From: an uncultured virus (IMG/VR IMGVR_UViG_3300021255_001403)
Taxonomy: Duplodnaviria; Heunggongvirae; Uroviricota; Caudoviricetes
Direction: 5' to 3' (one strand)
IMG/VR virus record: IMGVR_UViG_3300021255_001403
DNA: 64,000 nucleotides
The position numbers were made by a program, and so were the translations under genes. The notes under the pieces were generated by a model. That model had not been told where the DNA came from, did no database searches, and saw only the letters and a list, made by a program, of their open reading frames with translations. Positions 61,026-64,000 of the stretch are shown here, one piece after another (positions within the stretch are counted from its first letter, which is position 1; each line of letters starts with the position of its first letter).

Positions 61026-61215
61026 AAAGTGCTATTAATAAACTAGTCTCCTTGAAAAAGAAATAAAGCCTGCTCATCTTTATTTCTTTACTGTTTCGGG
61101 TGTTGCTGATTTGTGTTCCTTTCTATTTCTGTTAAAGAAAAGAGAGTGCGTTAAGCACTCTCCTTTTCTTTGGGCTTATTTAAGGGGGAGAGCATAATTG
61201 CTCTCCCCTATTCTA
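61026..61215 (+). ncRNA. Putative late multi-hairpin sRNA with anti-SD-like motifs
   Basis: Promoter AACA-TAAGAG-TA at 61015; three hairpins; TCTCCTT and TTCCTTTCT; no ORF. Confidence 0.45.
61114..61190 (+). repeat. Structured element copy 1 (homolog at 61922..62002)
   Basis: TGTTCCTTTCTATT...GAGTGC-loop-GCACTC...TATTTAA.GGGGAG. Confidence 0.75.
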
Positions 61216-61273
61216 GTGCGTGAAATCAAAAAAAATAACCCCTCCTAAGAGGGGCATTAATTATCTCCTTTAC

Positions 61274-61729
61274 TTATACAGGAAGGGTGGTGATAGGATA
61301 CGTCATTTTGAATTTATTCATATCAGTTATACAGATTATATCTATATAACCGTACTCTGATAGAATAACTTCGTCTAAAGTGTATTCCTCATCCACCGGC
61401 CCATAATAGAATCCTTTACAGGTTTCTATTATTCTAGAATCTTTATCTTCTACCTCCAATTCCAGAAGCCAGTGTTTCTCAAAATTTGCTAAGAAGCAGA
61501 AAAATTTATTTTCTCCCAAAGTCTTTTTCATAGAAAAATTATCTGGAAAATCAACTGAATAATCTGACTTCTTATAAAAGAAAATTCCCTTTCTATGAGT
61601 ATTGATAGCAGAATTGACTGCTCTTAATCTCATAGATCCATACTCACCAATCTTGGTTCTAGCCATAATTGGCTTTCTGGACTTCAGAGTTTTTAACTCT
61701 GAATCTGACACAAAACGATAAAGTTTCAT
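61274..61729 (-). CDS. Early hypothetical protein
   Basis: Early-type promoter 61819-61801; SD AAGGAG; MKLYRFVS..E start. Confidence 0.7.
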   Translation of the reverse strand: MKLYRFVSDSELKTLKSRKPIMARTKIGEYGSMRLRAVNSAINTHRKGIFFYKKSDYSVDFPDNFSMKKTLGENKFFCFLANFEKHWLLELEVEDKDSRIIETCKGFYYGPVDEEYTLDEVILSEYGYIDIICITDMNKFKMTYPITTLPV

Positions 61730-61921
61730 GAATGTCTCCTTTCTATAGATAGAGGATCATAGCTATTTTGCATATGTATCTATATACATATAACCTCTAT
61801 TCACTACTATAATATATTATTGTAAATATATCGTTTTACAAAATAAAGAGGAATGATATCTCTCTTTAATGAGTAATATAATATAAAGTTATAGACTTTA
61901 TAGTAAGTTTAATTTATTAGT

Positions 61922-62002
61922 TGTTCCTTTCTATTCTGCTACGAGAAAGAAGAGTGCTTGGGGTGTGAGCACTCTACTTTCTTTTGTGTATTTAAAGGGG
62001 AG
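61922..62002 (+). repeat. Structured element copy 2
   Basis: Homologous to 61114..61190; its 3-prime GGGGAG is the SD of the next gene. Confidence 0.75.
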
Positions 62003-62005
62003 TGT

Positions 62006-62251
62006 ATGAAAATGACTTTTGTATTAAAAACTGTTCCAGGAGTTAGAGAGATTTATGTACCAACTAATAACAAAGATTTAGAAAGTAAGATGACAGAGCT
62101 AATAGATGCTGTAAATGAAGCTTATCATGATTATAAAGAATCTAAATTGAATTGTAAGAGATCTGATACAGAATATGGTATTTATCATGAAGCAGTAAAT
62201 GAAGTATATAGATTCGTTAGAGCAAATCCTGAATGTACAATTAAAATATGA
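62006..62251 (+). CDS. Hypothetical protein
   Basis: SD AAGGGGAG before ATG 62006. Confidence 0.65.
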   Translation: MKMTFVLKTVPGVREIYVPTNNKDLESKMTELIDAVNEAYHDYKESKLNCKRSDTEYGIYHEAVNEVYRFVRANPECTIKI

Positions 62252-62287
62252 ATATAGGTGTGCTACCCTTAATTGGGTAGCACATTA

Positions 62288-62461
62288 TTAATTATCATAT
62301 TGAGCAATTACTAATTCTACTTTATTCTTTTCCATTGGGCAATCGCTCATAATACTAGTAGGCTTCTTTATATCTTCCCACCATGGTTTCTTATTAGCAC
62401 TAATTCTATCTTTTTCGGGAAGATTAGCACTATAATCATTCAATGCTCTAGAAGAATCCAT
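62288..62461 (-). CDS. 57-aa late protein sharing RALNDY(S/T)AN and PTSI with the capsid C-terminal tail
   Basis: SD GAGGTGA; late-type promoter AACA-GTGCAT-TA 62499-62488. Confidence 0.65.
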   Translation of the reverse strand: MDSSRALNDYSANLPEKDRISANKKPWWEDIKKPTSIMSDCPMEKNKVELVIAQYDN

Positions 62462-62518
62462 AATTATCACCTCATTTGACAAATTATTAATGCACTGTTT
62501 AAAAGAGGAGGCTTCTAT

Positions 62519-63718
62519 ATGATGTTTACAAAAACACAATTCAAAAACATGTATGAAGATGTGGAAATATGTATTGCTAATATAAAAATGAACCCTATAC
62601 AGGAATACTTTGATGATTTAAAATTTGCTTTAAATAAATTATTCCAAAGTCAGTGTAGTTCGGTTATTTATACTGAGAATATAGATAAATTATTCTTCGG
62701 TTTATATATAATGCCTAGAATCAATCCTAATGAAACTATCCAAGCTATTACGTCTACTAAAAAGCTTATAGTCAAGGCTTATGATATAGAAATAGATTCT
62801 AAATTATTCAGTCCCTCTATTGGTCTTACCAATAGAGAAATTACTGCTCTTATTATACATGATATTGGAGCAATGGTATTAGATTCATCTCCAGCTCAAG
62901 AAGTTATTAAAGCTATAGATAGATACTTGGTAGATAATCATCAGGTATTAAAGCTTAGTGATTCTATTCATTATCGTCAGATACTCAATCTTGGGTTTAG
63001 AGATGCTATAAGAAAATGTACTTCCATATTCCAATTAGGTAGTTATAATGTAGAGAAAGATATATTTGCAGACTTTATTGATTGGACTAATTATAAAGAA
63101 TCTGTATTATCTGGATTGAATAAGATAGAGAGTACTGGCAATAATATAAATAAGAATCTTGATAATAAATTTATTGTATTATCTTGGTTGATGAGAGTGT
63201 ATAATGATGTAGTTGGATATAGATTATCTGTAATAAGATTATGTGAACGTATGAAAGAATTATCTCCCTCTAAGATAGAGAGAAAAGAATTAGATACTTT
63301 GAATAAACGTATACAACTTATTGATGATGATATGCTATTAGAGTCTAATAAATCTGAAATGGATTTTGAAGGTAAAGAGTTATTAGAGTCTATTAGATTA
63401 TTACAATTTCCTATAGATGATGATGTATACGATTGCTTAAAACGTAGTAAGAATGATTTAGTAGGAATTGTATTACAGCAAGATAATATAGATCCTAATG
63501 AACCTGATGCTATACCAGATCTTATCCATAACATAAATAACTCTATGAGTCATATAAAAGACTATGTAGAGAATCATGAGACTAATAAAGATGCATTTAA
63601 ACAGTTTGATACCATTTATCGTGATATGGCTAAACGTCGTTCACAATTAAATGATGGTAAAATGTATGTAGTAAATTATGGGCTTAAAAATAAATTTACA
63701 AAACAAGAAGATCAATAA
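62519..63718 (+). CDS. Probable virion protein with degenerate zincin-like motif (ALIIHDIGA)
   Basis: Late-type promoter at 62478; SD GAGGAGG; LLES motifs. Confidence 0.55.
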   Translation: MMFTKTQFKNMYEDVEICIANIKMNPIQEYFDDLKFALNKLFQSQCSSVIYTENIDKLFFGLYIMPRINPNETIQAITSTKKLIVKAYDIEIDSKLFSPSIGLTNREITALIIHDIGAMVLDSSPAQEVIKAIDRYLVDNHQVLKLSDSIHYRQILNLGFRDAIRKCTSIFQLGSYNVEKDIFADFIDWTNYKESVLSGLNKIESTGNNINKNLDNKFIVLSWLMRVYNDVVGYRLSVIRLCERMKELSPSKIERKELDTLNKRIQLIDDDMLLESNKSEMDFEGKELLESIRLLQFPIDDDVYDCLKRSKNDLVGIVLQQDNIDPNEPDAIPDLIHNINNSMSHIKDYVENHETNKDAFKQFDTIYRDMAKRRSQLNDGKMYVVNYGLKNKFTKQEDQ

Positions 63719-63789
63719 CATATGGGATAGGCGAAATGCCTATCCCTAATTTTGATTATATACTATAAAAATGAAAGGAAGATATTAAT

Positions 63790-64000
63790 ATGAGTATTCA
63801 GCATGAATTCGAGGTCGAAGTACCAAGACAAATTAAAGAGGTAGAAATAAAAGATTTTATATTTGATGAATCTGCTAAATATTTTATTAAGTCTTTTCTT
63901 TGTAAGGAGGCTGATAGAAAAGAGACAGACTATTATGATATTAAACCTAAGGAATTGAAAACTGGTACTAATGCTAAAGGGGATGTGATTAAATCAGGTA
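63790..64000 (+). CDS. Early hypothetical protein, truncated by window end
   Basis: Early-type promoter 63756; SD GAAAGGA; open to the end of the window. Confidence 0.55.
   Translation, partial: MSIQHEFEVEVPRQIKEVEIKDFIFDESAKYFIKSFLCKEADRKETDYYDIKPKELKTGTNAKGDVIKSG

Noticed and set aside
62840..62875. Active zinc metalloprotease (HEXXH)
   Set aside because: Motif reads HDIGA, lacking the catalytic Glu and second His
1..64000. Complete DGR (RT, Avd, template repeat) or retron RT
   Set aside because: No reverse-transcriptase motifs seen in any ORF and no AAY-rich copy of the variable region found by eye in this window
1..64000. Stop-codon reassignment
   Set aside because: High coding density under code 11; TAG and TGA end genes immediately before the next SD

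Overview
AT-rich, gene-dense segment of a jumbo myophage of the AR9/PBS1/phiKZ-related type, probably infecting a Firmicutes (Bacillota) host (strong AGGAGG/GGTGA Shine-Dalgarno sites). It uses the standard genetic code. Recognisable core genes are a multisubunit RNA polymerase beta-prime subunit (GDFDGD), a probable major capsid protein with adjacent scaffold-like genes, a gp25-like baseplate wedge, a zinc-binding tail/baseplate assembly chaperone with a likely -1 frameshift, a TnsA/gp4-like nuclease and a PC4-like ssDNA-binding protein. Two promoter classes can be read directly: early-type TTATATA(C/T)TATA-N3-(G/A)TG and late-type NACA-N6-TA. Accessory content includes paralog arrays, an AcrIII-1 (DUF1874) ring nuclease and a 1592-aa polyvalent protein. 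The most unusual observations are: (i) a 0.8-kb ORF-free array of panhandle small RNAs carrying anti-Shine-Dalgarno motifs; (ii) a pseudoknotted ncRNA with its own promoter and terminator; (iii) a large family of probable head-packaged proteins in which shared acidic Glu-terminated leaders are joined to cationic, glycine-zipper, antimicrobial-peptide-like cargo; (iv) two convergent DGR-target-like C-type-lectin genes, each behind a (TA)n leader peptide, one frameshifted; (v) a small late protein copying a motif of the capsid C-terminal tail. All functional calls are from motif recognition by eye; no database search or folding program was run.
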